Source: Octopus bimaculoides
Lineage: Eukaryota
NCBI RefSeq assembly: GCF_001194135.2
Contig: NC_068987.1
Location: 48,393,134 to 48,438,798 of the forward strand
Length of the DNA stretch: 45,665 nt
Direction: 5' to 3'
Shown here: positions 1 through 12,600 of the stretch, piece after piece
Layout of the letters: each line of letters opens with the position of its first letter
Numbering within the stretch: position 1 is the first letter of the stretch
Notes under the pieces: model-generated
Databases searched by the model: none
Seen by the model: only the letters and a program-made list of their open reading frames with translations
Told to the model about the DNA's origin: nothing
Position numbers and translations under genes: made by a program

Positions 1-48
<48 letters not shown>

Positions 49-107
49 CATATATATGTATTTATACATACATATATGTGTATACATATACATACATATA
101 TGTGTAT
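1..107. repeat. (TA)n and TA/CA-rich microsatellite
   Basis: Direct reading. Confidence 0.95.
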
Positions 108-267
108 CTAAGGTTTGTAGCAAAGGAAATAGTTTTTATCAGTTTGTTTATGATGCAGTGAGATATAGTTTATTGTGAAGCTGTCTATGAATTGTGTATA
201 ATACAAAGTTGAAACAAAATAAAATAAAATTAGGATTTGTAAACGAAAGAAAGTCATAATATGTCAC

Positions 268-381
268 CTGTGCACTCTTGAAGGCTAACTTAATTTCAAC
301 ATCACTGGTTTTACGACCAACCCAGAGGAATACATTTTCTCCATTGTCAAGGATCATGACATCATCATCTGCCAAATCATC
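268..381 (-). CDS. FLII: FLII exon E25 (probably penultimate): [38 protein letters not shown]
   Basis: Acceptor aaattgcag, donor CAG|gtgaca; 114 nt; the terminal exon is expected beyond position 1. Confidence 0.95.
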
Positions 382-3300
382 CTGCAATTTAAGATAATTA
401 AGTCATAAATTGTTTCCTAAAATTTTTTTTCTGATTACAGCTGAATAAAACTTAAAATTATATAAAAGAGACTTTTTAACTCATACAGAAACAAATATAT
501 TGTTTCTGTCTATTTATACACACACACACAGCTTTTATCTTTTACTTGTATCAATCATTTGACTACGACCATGCTGGGGCACTAGCTTTAAGGTTCTGTT
601 GAACAAATCAACCCAGGTACTTATTTTAACCATGGGGAAATATTACTTTGTTTGGAAAATAAATGGATGTTAGCAACTAGAAGACTATCTAGCAATAGAT
701 AATCTGCCCCAACATATTTCATGTATAAGCAAGGAATAGTGGATATTAAAACGATGATGATCTACTGGTGTTAAATGAAATCAAGTAGGTGAATGATGTT
801 TTACAAACTGAGTAGAATACAAATCTATTGTATATTTATCATAGTAGGATTTTAGTTAGTGCTACAAGTTAACAAATCACTTGTTAGAAATGATATAAAA
901 CTTTGAATATGTTTCTGTGATATAACTATAAGTTTCATTTGCATTTTACCTGACAAAAGTCGGCACACTTCTCTGATACAGTAAAATAGCCTTTGTCATT
1001 TGAGCAGCGGAAAAGACGTGCATACTGCATGAAAGTTGCACTCTGGAATGAAAAAAATCCAAAACTTTAGTCTCTACAAACTGAAAATAATAATTTATTC
1101 TTAATAAAAAGCTTGATAAATATTGAAAGAGGATTTTTTTTTTGAAAATCAAAATGTAAATAAGCTAAATGTCAAGGAATTAACAGGAACAATCCATGGA
1201 AATGAACTATTCTTGGAAACTGGGATTATCCAAAGAGACCAACTGGGACTACCCATAGAAACTAAAAATATCCATGGAAACTGCAGCTATCTATTGAAAC
1301 TGACTGGGACTATCTTTGGAAAACCTCTGAAAATGGTATTTGATTTATAGTTTTATTTAACTTTATAAAAGATTTAATCTGACTTTATAATTAAGGGCAA
1401 ATCACTTTGCTAGAGATCTCACTTCAAGCTACATTTAATGAAAATAACTGAACTTATAGATAATGATAAAATGGATGTGAAAGTACAACAGCTCTGAGGA
1501 ATTCAATCTGAGACCAAGTTCTCTGAAATTTGCCTCCTTCAGATTATGCTAGTTAAAAAATTTTTTTAATTTGAAAACAATATATGATAATATATAGAAA
1601 CTAATAAACAAACATTTGGTATCCATTCCAAAGGACAGCACTATGGGGTTACTGGATGATAGGCCAAACTTAATCTGACTTCACTCCTATAATTGTGCTT
1701 AGTGCCTGTATAGCACACACCTGCTGTGTTATTGCAATGATTACAGAGCATTTCATGAAGTTTTAGAAGGAAGCAAACCCCTTCAGGTAGATGGCCCTGC
1801 TCAGTATGTAGAAAAGGAGTAGGTAGTAACTCTATAAGATGTACCCGGTGCAAGCTATGGACACATAAGAGGTGCAGCAACATCAAAGGCAGGTTAACTA
1901 GGAAGTTAGTTTTTGTTTGTGGCAGATGTTCAGGTGCAATAAAGACTGTAAACAAACAGGAAACAACTACTATCTCATTCCAGGGTGAAAAACTAGAGGT
2001 AGTCGATAGCTTCCGCTATGTGGGCGACCAAGTTAGTAGTGGGGGTGGGTGTGCTGAAAGTGTAGCTGCTAGAATAAGAATAGCCTGGGCAAAGTTTAGA
2101 GAGCTCTTACCCCTGCTGGCGACAAAGGGACNNNNNNNNNNNNNNNNNNNNNNNNNNNNNNNNNNNNNNNNNNNNNNNNNNNNNNNNNNNNNNNNNNNNN
2201 NNNNNNNNNNNNNNNNNNNNNNNNNNNNNNNNNNNNNNNNNNNNNNNNNNNNNNNNNNNNNNNNNNNNNNNNNNNNNNNNNNNNNNNNNNNNNNNNNNNN
2301 NNNNNNNNNNNNNNNNNNNNNNNNNNNNNNNNNNNNNNNNNNNNNNNNNNNNNNNNNNNNNNNNNNNNNNNNNNNNNNNNNNNNNNNNNNNNNNNNNNNN
2401 NNNNNNNNNNNNNNNNNNNNNNNNNNNNNNNNNNNNNNNNNNNNNNNNNNNNNNNNNNNNNNNNNNNNNNNNNNNNNNNNNNNNNNNNNNNNNNNNNNNN
2501 NNNNNNNNNNNNNNNNNNNNNNNNNNNNNNNNNNNNNNNNNNNNNNNNNNNNNNNNNNNNNNNNNNNNNNNNNNNNNNNNNNNNNNNNNNNNNNNNNNNN
2601 NNNNNNNNNNNNNNNNNNNNNNNNNNNNNNNNNNNNNNNNNNNNNNNNNNNNNNNNNNNNNNNNNNNNNNNNNNNNNNNNNNNNNNNNNNNNNNNNNNNN
2701 NNNNNNNNNNNNNNNNNNNNNNNNNNNNNNNNNNNNNNNNNNNNNNNNNNNNNNNNNNNNNNNNNNNNNGTGGCCGTTTTCGTGCGGGTGACACGTAAAA
2801 GCACCCACTACACTCTCTGAGTGGTTGGTGTTAGGAAGGGCATCCAGCTGTAGAAACTCTGCCAAATTAGATTGGAGCCTGGTGTTGCCATCCGGTTTCA
2901 CCAGTCCTCAGTCAAATCGTCCAACCCATGCTAGCATGGAAAGCGGACGTTAAACGACGATGATGATGATGATATCAAGACAAGATAAATTTTTGTTGTT
3001 GTAAACTCTTAGCCTTTTCCTTTTCCATTGTGTAAATAGATTGAGTCATATATGATTATTGTAAATGCTGGTACTGGATGGAAAGGCTGTTTTCCAGAAT
3101 TGGAATTTACATTCCATCATATCTATATATTTTATACACAAGTGAATTAGAGTCATTAATACTTTATGATCAGCATATAATCAGCCTTACTGATTTCAGG
3201 GTAAGGGAATGGATTGTGACATTCATTTATTTCCAAAGTGGAGTAGTATTCAGTAGAGCAACTGAAATTGTTGCACTTAGTTACTGAACTTAAGTTATAG

Positions 3301-3564
3301 ACTCAGTTAACTCTTTTGGTTAATCAACAAACTGAGACTACCCTTGATTCTGTGACACAAGGGTTATGTTTAAAGTGATCTAATTTAAAATTTTCCACTA
3401 AAGTCTTATGTTAATTTGTTATAAATACCAGATTAATAATGGAAGTTATTTTACTAAGTTCTTCATTATTTCCAAAATTAATTGAAGCAGGGGGAGTGTA
3501 AGGTTAAATAAGAATTTATCACCTAATTTATGAAACTACTTGTGTGTGTGAGAGAGAGAGAGAT

Positions 3565-3615
<51 letters not shown>

Positions 3616-6600
3616 AATTACAAAACATTTCCGATTCAAAGTAGAATATTAAAATAAAAATATTCAGATACTAACTCTTTCATAAGGTTTGCGACCTCCA
3701 ATGCCAACCCAGAAGAAGTTTTCAGGCTCTTCTCCTTCATTAATCATTTGAATTGTAAAGTTTTCCTGCAACATAACAACATTAAACAAAGTCATTGAAG
3801 AACAATCTCCTCCCTCAAAGATATTCACCAATGTTATCACAGCCATAAAAGAGAGCTAGTGAAAATACACCTTAAGTTTTGTACTGTAAATTCTTCAAGT
3901 TAATTAGCAAGATAAGTATAAGCCTGAGGAAAATCACTTGCAGTTTGTACTGTGAATCCTTACAACACCAAGTATAGATTGTGCAAAATAGATTTTTCAG
4001 TGGTGTATAGATTGGCGTTGTATACAATTCCCTTATCTCTAGAATCTGATGCATTTCAGTTGTAAAATCTGATGACAATTTCCATCTGATATTTAAGGTG
4101 AAATATCATGTAAGTCATAAAATTCTGAGTTTCAATGATTTGGCATAGGTAAAATGGTTTTAGAGTTGAGGTGGTAAATAACATGGCTAATGTTGGTTTC
4201 TTCACTTTTTCTGTAACGAAACCTCAATTACTTACTGTACAACATTTCACAAACTCATCAAGCGATATTGTATCACACAGGCTGGCAAACTATTAGATGA
4301 AACTTGATGTTTGTTGTTAATGTTCATTGTTCCATGCTATAAGAATATATTATCAAGGCACTGTTTAATGCATTATCTGTTGCTAACCCTTACCTGTTTT
4401 ACAAGAGAACTCTTACTTTATGTTTTGGAAGTCACAAAGCTAGTGGATGATTTGCTTACAGAAGAATTGACAATACTCTCAATTGTAGCTTAGCATATTT
4501 CTGGAGAAGTACAAATACAGACACACACACACACATAGAATGAGCTTTTTTCAATTTGTCTACCAAATCTACTCATAAAGCTTTGGTAATCATAGGGCTA
4601 TAGCAGAAGACACTTGCTCAAGGTGTTACACAGTGGAACTGCATCTGGGACTAGGCGACAAATGTCTTCTACTATGTCCCAAAGCAAAACAAAGCCTTGT
4701 AAATGAATTTCATAGACAGAAACTGAAAAAAAGGTTGTTGTGTGCGTTTACATTTGTGCTTTACAAAAGTCGCTACAAGGTGGCAGTGTTGTCACTTCAG
4801 TCTACAAACTATCTGCTCACTTTGCACCTTCATAGATGTGATAGTAAATCCCTTACTTGACAAGCAGGTCAGGATTAATAACAAGAGGAGCATCTGACTG
4901 TAAAACAATGCCATAATAATATATTCATCTAACCAATGCAGGCACAGAAAAAGAAATGCAAAAGCAAACTAACTGGCACTCCGTCACTTATGACAATGTG
5001 AGTTCCAGTTGATCTGATCAACAGAACAGCTTGCTCGTGAGATTAACATGCAAGTGGCCGAGCACTCCACAGACATGCGTACTCCTTCACATACTTCTCA
5101 GAGAGATTCAGCATGACACAGTGTGACAAAGCTGGCCCCCTTGAAATACAGGTACTACTCATTTTTGCCAGCTGAGTGGACTGGAGCACCAAGAAATAAA
5201 GTGTTTTGCTCAAGGACACAAGACGCCGTTAGGAATTGAACTCGCAAGCTGAATACCTTAAGCACTAAGCCATGTGCAAACTAAAATAAAATAAACAGAC
5301 ACATGGGTGACTTGCATGGACTGTGGTGGTGCAAGTAAACAGTCACTAATTAAGATGAGCAGAGATAGATATTGCAGCAATTGAAGATAATACAAAGAAT
5401 ATGGATTCATATAATGGAAAAAAAAAAGGCAAATAACAAAGAACAAAAAGTAAAAACAAGCAAAAATCACCCAGATGCACTTACTTTGAACATATTGTAA
5501 GCATTTTGTTCAGCTAATCTTGCTTCTTCATGATCAGCTTTAGTCCCAATCCAAACATACACAATCCCTTGTAAATCTTCACTGGCAAATGGTACTTTTA
5601 GTATGTAACTGAAGAGAAAGAAACAAAATATTTCTAAATTGTGAAATATTTTCAATTTTTTGAATTACATTTTTTTTTCCAATCCACCATCATTGTAATA
5701 ATTGTTTTCATGATTTCCTTTATGTTTCTATTCTCACTGCACCCACTGAAAACTAGATTTATAGCCAGAAGTGTTGTATAAACATATGGAGTAATTATGT
5801 TCACTGCTACAAGCATTTCATAGGCATTAAAATTAAGGAGAATAAAGTATATTTGCACTAACAGAACTGGTACTCTGTTGGTTAAAACAACAAGGGTTCC
5901 AGTTGATCTGATCAATGGAACAATCTGGTCATGAAATTAATGTGCAAGTAGTTGAGCACTACACAGACATGTGTACCCTTAACATAGTTCTCAGGGAGAT
6001 TCAGTATGACACAGAGTGTGACAAGGCTGGCCCTTTGAAATACAGGTACTACTCATTTTTGCCAGCTGAGTGGACTGGAACAATGTGAAATAAAGTGTCA
6101 TGCTCAAGGACACGTCGCCAGGAAATGAATTCATGACCTTACAATTGTTACCCTATTCATTAAGCCACATACCTACACTAACAGAGAGATATGTTTAAAT
6201 GAACAAAATATCAATATCATTACATCCATTTTTCCTGCCAAGTTTTTATTGTACAAGCATTGACTGAAAAATAAAACAAAAAAAACTCTCTACTCCTTTT
6301 TAATTATAAATTTAGAAAAAAAAAAAAAGGACTAAGGACTTTTTTAATTAAAACACAATTTAAATTTTTTGAAATCAGAACATTAATGAATTGAAAAGCA
6401 GTGTTTTAAATTCAATTCTCAAAAAAAAAAAGAATAAAAAAAAGAATATCCCATGACCGTTCAGATAACTCCATCAACCAAAATGCTTACTAATTCATAT
6501 TTGTTTTGAACTAATTATGCATTATCTTGAAGCTTAAGATTTCAATGATGTGATTGTTTATTTTCAGAATGACATTGTAGGATAGGTGCAAGAAGCTGGA

Positions 6601-9600
6601 TGCAGCCAATTTGAACATAAAACAGAATATTTAGGCCTGACATGACTAGTTAAATCACTTCAGTCATTTTTGCTATACGTAAATTCATGGGACATAACCA
6701 ACATTGACATTAATAGAGAGAAACTATGAATTTTTACCTTAATAAAAGGTAGTTTCATTGCTATCAATGTTGCTTTTATTTTCTGAATATTTCATTTCAA
6801 TAAAACTTTCCTGTATTTAACAAGACAGTGATCCATACACTCTCTAATGTGAATATACTTATGAAGTATAAACAAATGTTTAATATACTGTATACAGGTG
6901 CTGGCATGAGTGTGTGGTTGAGAAGCTTACTTCCCAACCACATGGTTTTGGGTTTAGTTCCAGTGTGGCACCTTGGGCAAATGTCAACTACAGCCCCAGT
7001 TTGACAGAAGCCCTGTGAGTGGATTTGGTTGAGAAAAACTGAAAGAAGCCCTTCATATACATACATATGTGTGTGCACAAGTGCGTTTGTGCTTCTTCAT
7101 CTTGACATCATGTAGAAGTTGTAAAGGAGTGTCACCATCATACAAGTGATATCATTTGTTTCCAATTTTCAATGAAAACATGGGGAAATGTCACCCTGAT
7201 TGGAAACGAGTGAGGGTTAGCAACAGAAAAGGTATCTGGCCATAGAAAATATACCGAAATGAATTCTCTCACTATAATTTCTTTGCTCTTCGTTATATTC
7301 AATAACACAACATAAGGCAGCGAGCTGGCAGAAACATTAGCATGTTGGGCGAAATGCTTAGCGTTATTTCACATGTCTTTATGTTCTGAGTTCAAATTCC
7401 ACTGAGGCTGACTTTACCTTTCATCCTTTCGAGGTCGATAAATTAAGCACCAATTGTGTTCTGTGGTTGATCTAATCGACTGGCACCCCTCCCCAAAAAT
7501 TTCAGGCCTTCTGCCTCGAGTAGAAAAGAATAAGACAACTTTAACATTCATTTTTCATGATGGCAAGGGTTGGAGGGTTCAACCAGAGCTGACAAGTTGG
7601 AGAGCTGCACCACGTTCCAATTGTCTGTTTTGGAATGATTTCTATGGCTGGATGCCCTTCCTAACACCGACCAATGGGTGTTTTTAATGTGGCACAGGCT
7701 TGAGTGCTTTTACGTGACACTGACACAAGTGTTTTTTACATGGCACCAGCACAGAGCTTTTGGAAGCCAGTCCTCTTCATCAAGGGGAGTAGCTTTAAAA
7801 CTTCTGCTATGGAGGACAGGTCTTCTTGAGCACAGCAAGGCACCACTTTAATCTTTCACCTTTAGTGCCCATGGTTTAACTTTTTAATGATTAGGGTGTT
7901 GGATGCATGATTGTAAAGTGTATGGTTTCAATTTCTAGAGAAAATGGTGTTTGGTTTTCTTGAACAAAACACCTCATATCACTCCAGTTCACCCAGTTGT
8001 AAATAAATACCAACAATAACTGGAGATCAACCCTGTGGCAAAGTGGCATCCCCTTCAGGGGAAGTATTGTATTCTTGGTTGCTTATATATATTGGTAACC
8101 AGGATGGACTATAGCCTAATTTGCCTGTAGGCTCATAACACAACAAAGACCTATGACTAATTATAATGATTTAAACTATGTTATACATAAGTTATCTAAA
8201 ATGATCAATATAACTTACTTCTGGTCAGGCTGTCCCAAATGTGACCACACACTTGGGATATGAAAAAAAATGCTAATGTTTACTTCTTAGGCTTTAAAAA
8301 AAAATGTGGAAAGAAAGTGCATATTAGATACAAATAAATTCAGCAATCATTCAGCTTTTTTCCCCATTTTGTTTATCAAGAAGTAAGGTAAAGTGCAATC
8401 TATATTAGCATTTTTAGAACTTACCAGAAATGTGAATTTAGTAGAGAGGCATCTGGCTTGATCTGTACAAAAAATATAGAAAAAAGCTTTGAAATAAAAA
8501 AAAAAAACCCCTTTTTCATTGCTTGTAAATAATTAAGGGAGTTTGATATGCTTTTAATTTTTAATACTGAAAGAATTACAATTGCAACAAACGATCATGT
8601 TGTATTACACATTTTTTCTTGATACATATTGAGTTATGTCACGAGGATTCAGAAGGTTAACAATGTGCAAGTTATAATTTCAAATCTGTTGCAAGTAATT
8701 CATTGGCTCTCTAAACAGGATCAGCTCTGTGTAGCCAATTTCAACTAGCTGTTGGATAAGGTATAAACTATTTTGAAAATATATGCAATAGACAGGCACT
8801 GAATCCAATGGAAAAGCCATTTTACATCTGTTTAATGCAACAATTCAGAAGTAAGTACAACCTTCTCTTAGGTATATGGAAACATATCAAATTATTATAC
8901 ATTTATTAGACAATGAAATAGGCAAGCTGACAAAGCATAACTACTAAATCATACTTGGGAGTCTTAGAAGTTTTGTTGTGTATCAGGGTAACACCATTTA
9001 TGCTACAAGAAGATTTGTTGGGTGTAAGAGCAACACCTTTATATATAAAGTTTTGTTGTGCAAAAGGGTAACCCACTTAATTTACATGCCTTAGTTCATA
9101 TAACAGTCAGAAAAAATACGAAATAATATCTGCAATAGACTACCACCATTTGAGGGAAATGTATTCTTGTCTGCTTTGTGCAACGAAACCAGAGCTAAAC
9201 ACTATTTTCCAAGGACCTTTCAAGGTTGAGATGACATGTACTATTTACAACTTTAAACATGTCTAAATGAAACCAACATATGAATGAATGAATAACTATT
9301 CCTGATACTAAATAAAAAAGTGATGAAACTAACAATATAATTAAAACACTCATTTTGTATCTGAAAAAACAATTCTTGTATCATTCTTGGTGTAACGTTG
9401 ACCTGCTGGACAATTGACCATATGGTTGGGAGTTCAAATGTAATACACTACTCTGTCTCAATTTGCCTGACTACAGGTAATATAAGGCCACTACATCATA
9501 GTTTACTGATTAGCAGTAAGAATGACATCCAGCTAAAAAAATAAAAACCACCACAACAAAATGCAAATGATTAATAACATGCAAAGTTGTATAGTTTAAG

Positions 9601-12600
9601 AAGGGATACAAAATAGTAGTTGTAGCAGAATTAATTATATAGTTTGCAGTTGAGCATCTTAACCATTCAGCCATTATGTCATGAAGAAACATTAAAGTTT
9701 TCAATATGATTAAAGCATGGTGACTGATGTGATTTATATTAAAAATAAGCTGTTAAAACAATAACAGCTCAATACTATACCTGTATGCAGCGAGTAGCTA
9801 GGGGGCTGCCATTGGCACGTAAATGGAACATCTCAACACCCCGTTTGACAGCTGGAGCACCAGGTAATTTTCGCTTGCCACTATGAATTACAAACTTGCG
9901 ATGAAAGTGAGAGAGGAATTTCAGATTTTCTTGTTGTTGATGTGTACGCACAACTTCAAGTTTATCACCAAACAGACTTTCAAATTTCTTCTGTAAGCTG
10001 AAAATAAAATTAAATTAGAAATATTCACAAATTAAATATATTTAAAAAGTGACAATGGAACAATCTAAATTTAGCTTGTTGGTTGACATAAAGATCTAAT
10101 AGACAGTTGCATTTTGTGGCAGAAGAAAAGAAAAGGTGGGAGAAGTGGGGAATGGCAAGCCATAGTTGAAGTTTCAAAAATCAATATAATACACTAGAAT
10201 CTCTTTTTGCATAGAAACAGACATTTCTGAAAGGAGAGGCAGGAATACTTAATAAAATTGATCTCTGCAGCTTACTGATATTTATTCTGCTGATCCTGGG
10301 AAGAAGAAAGATGCAAATAGAAGTATTTAATGAAGTTCTTTCTCTCCCTCTCTCTCTCTCTCTCTTTCTCTCTAAAGAATAAAATTCTGCACCTTTTGCA
10401 ATGACATCTGTGTTCTACAGGGATCTAGTCTTGCCCCCCCCCCACCATTATTTGATGTATACATTAATGAAATAGATGTCAATATGAAGCATTTTATTGT
10501 GTTAAAGTATACAGACAAAATTAAGCTGTACCTTGCAATAAAAAGAACAGATTCTAAACACTATAGATCTTTCCAGCAATCTGATCCAGACCACAATGCT
10601 GCAATGAATTAACAGCAGTAGACAAGTTCAGCAGTACACATTTTGGGATGAAAAACATGGAATTTACCAACTCCCTTCATGATACCAAAGAAGTCTGCTA
10701 GAAAATGTAGCCTAGGCATTATGGTCAACAAAGATCTACATTGAATGAACCACATTCCTAAAATCAAAAAGGCTGAGGTTGTTTTAACATCACTGAATAA
10801 GAACTTTGTCGGTTATACAGCAACTATCTATTTAACACTATATATGTCTATGGTACATCCACATTTACATTTTGCATCTCCAGTTTGGAAGTCCCATCTT
10901 ATCCAGAATATTGCTCTATTGAATACTGTCCAGAGATGTGCAACACTGTCAGTCACATCATATCTTGAACATACTCACTGTCAGTCACATATCTTGAACA
11001 TATTGCTTCCCAGTGCATTGATATACTAACACTTCAATGCCTAGCAGCTGGCTTGGTAGAAACTCACAAGATTATCCACCATCTTTCCAGCAACAACTTT
11101 GGCTTCTCTTTTTGAATTCAATACCTCCACCATTAGTGGACATGCTTATAAAATTAAGAAAAAACAGCACAGCACTTGTGACTTTCAGAAACACTTTTTC
11201 ATGCTCAGAATTGTTGAAGCATGGAATAGACAACCTGCACAATTATGATACTGCATCCTTCAAAAATTCCATGCTTCCCCAAATTTGCCAACACTACTCT
11301 TGATCACTTTATGCCCTTTTGTTTTTTTATGGCTCTTTTACTGTTAACTTTTCAGTCTTTTTCATATAGTCTGTGTACTGTGTATATACTTTAGTCTTTG
11401 TACTGTGTATATACTTTAGTCTGTATACTGTGTATATACTTTAGTCTTTGTACTGTGTATATACTTTAGTCTGTGTACATACTTCTAGCTTTCATTGCTG
11501 TGTCATTACTTAACTCATGGTTGTTTTCTGCTCCCTCGTTTAATTTTCTTTGATGAGTTATGTACCCAAGCACTGCATACATTATTATTATCACTATCAC
11601 TATTATTGCTATTATTTCAGTCTTAGTAACTCAAATGTAATATAAATAATGTTGACAATGATAAACACAAACCTGAAAGTAAAGGTAAGCCAACCCATGT
11701 TACTTGCATCTCTTCCCTGCCAAAAGTAGACAATGCATTTGAAGTCTTCCTCTGAAAGTTCAGCTTTACTTTCTTCATTGCCTTCTTCCTCATCTTCTGA
11801 ATACTCCTCTGGTATCCAGTAGCGGCACAAGAAAACATAGCAGTCTTCACTGTAAAAATGACCTACAAACAAAATGAATCCAGAAAATAATAGTGGGCTT
11901 TTAACAAATCTCTGCTTTCATTTCTTACTTCTATAAATCCTTTGCACTTTAGTCAGAGACAGAAATTGTGATTCAAGTCCAACCACCTAGTTTTTCTATT
12001 TTTCAGTGCTTTAGGATTGGTGTCTGCTAGTGAATGTAGCCTGGGCATTATCGTCAATAATGATCAGCATTGGATAAACCACAATTCTAAAACTGTCAAA
12101 CAGGCTGAAGGTTGTCTTAGCATTACTCAGTAAAACCTTAGTCAGCTACTCACTGGTGATCTATTTAATGCTATATATAGTTATGGTATCTCTCCACTTA
12201 TAGTTTTCATCTCCAGCCTGAAACCCTTATCTTGTTCAGAATACTGATCTATTAGAAACTCTAGAGACACACAACCAGATCAATATCTTCTGTCAGTTAC
12301 TTGCCATATCTTGAATGTATTGTTTCTCTGGGAATTGATACACTAAAGCTTTGATGTCTAGCAGCTGACTTAGAAGCCCACAAGATTATCCTTATCTTTC
12401 CAAAAGCTTTGGTCAACTATTTTCAATTCAGTATCTCTACTACCTGTCGATATGCTTATAAAATCAAAGAGCAGTGCAGTCCTATGACATTGGGGGCTGA
12501 TAGGAGCTATTAAAAGAACATGATTTTCTTCATATACATTGCATCACTTCAGAGCAACCTGCCTGAAAGACAGGATGGTTGCAGCTGGAATACTGTTGAT

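Noticed and set aside
2016-2901. Long ORFs of 232-266 aa spanning 2132-2769
   Set aside because: They run through N bases; only the RTE RT portion before the gap is real.
11623-11850. Overlapping alternative ORF over E19
   Set aside because: A shifted frame of the real exon, with no independent start context or homology.
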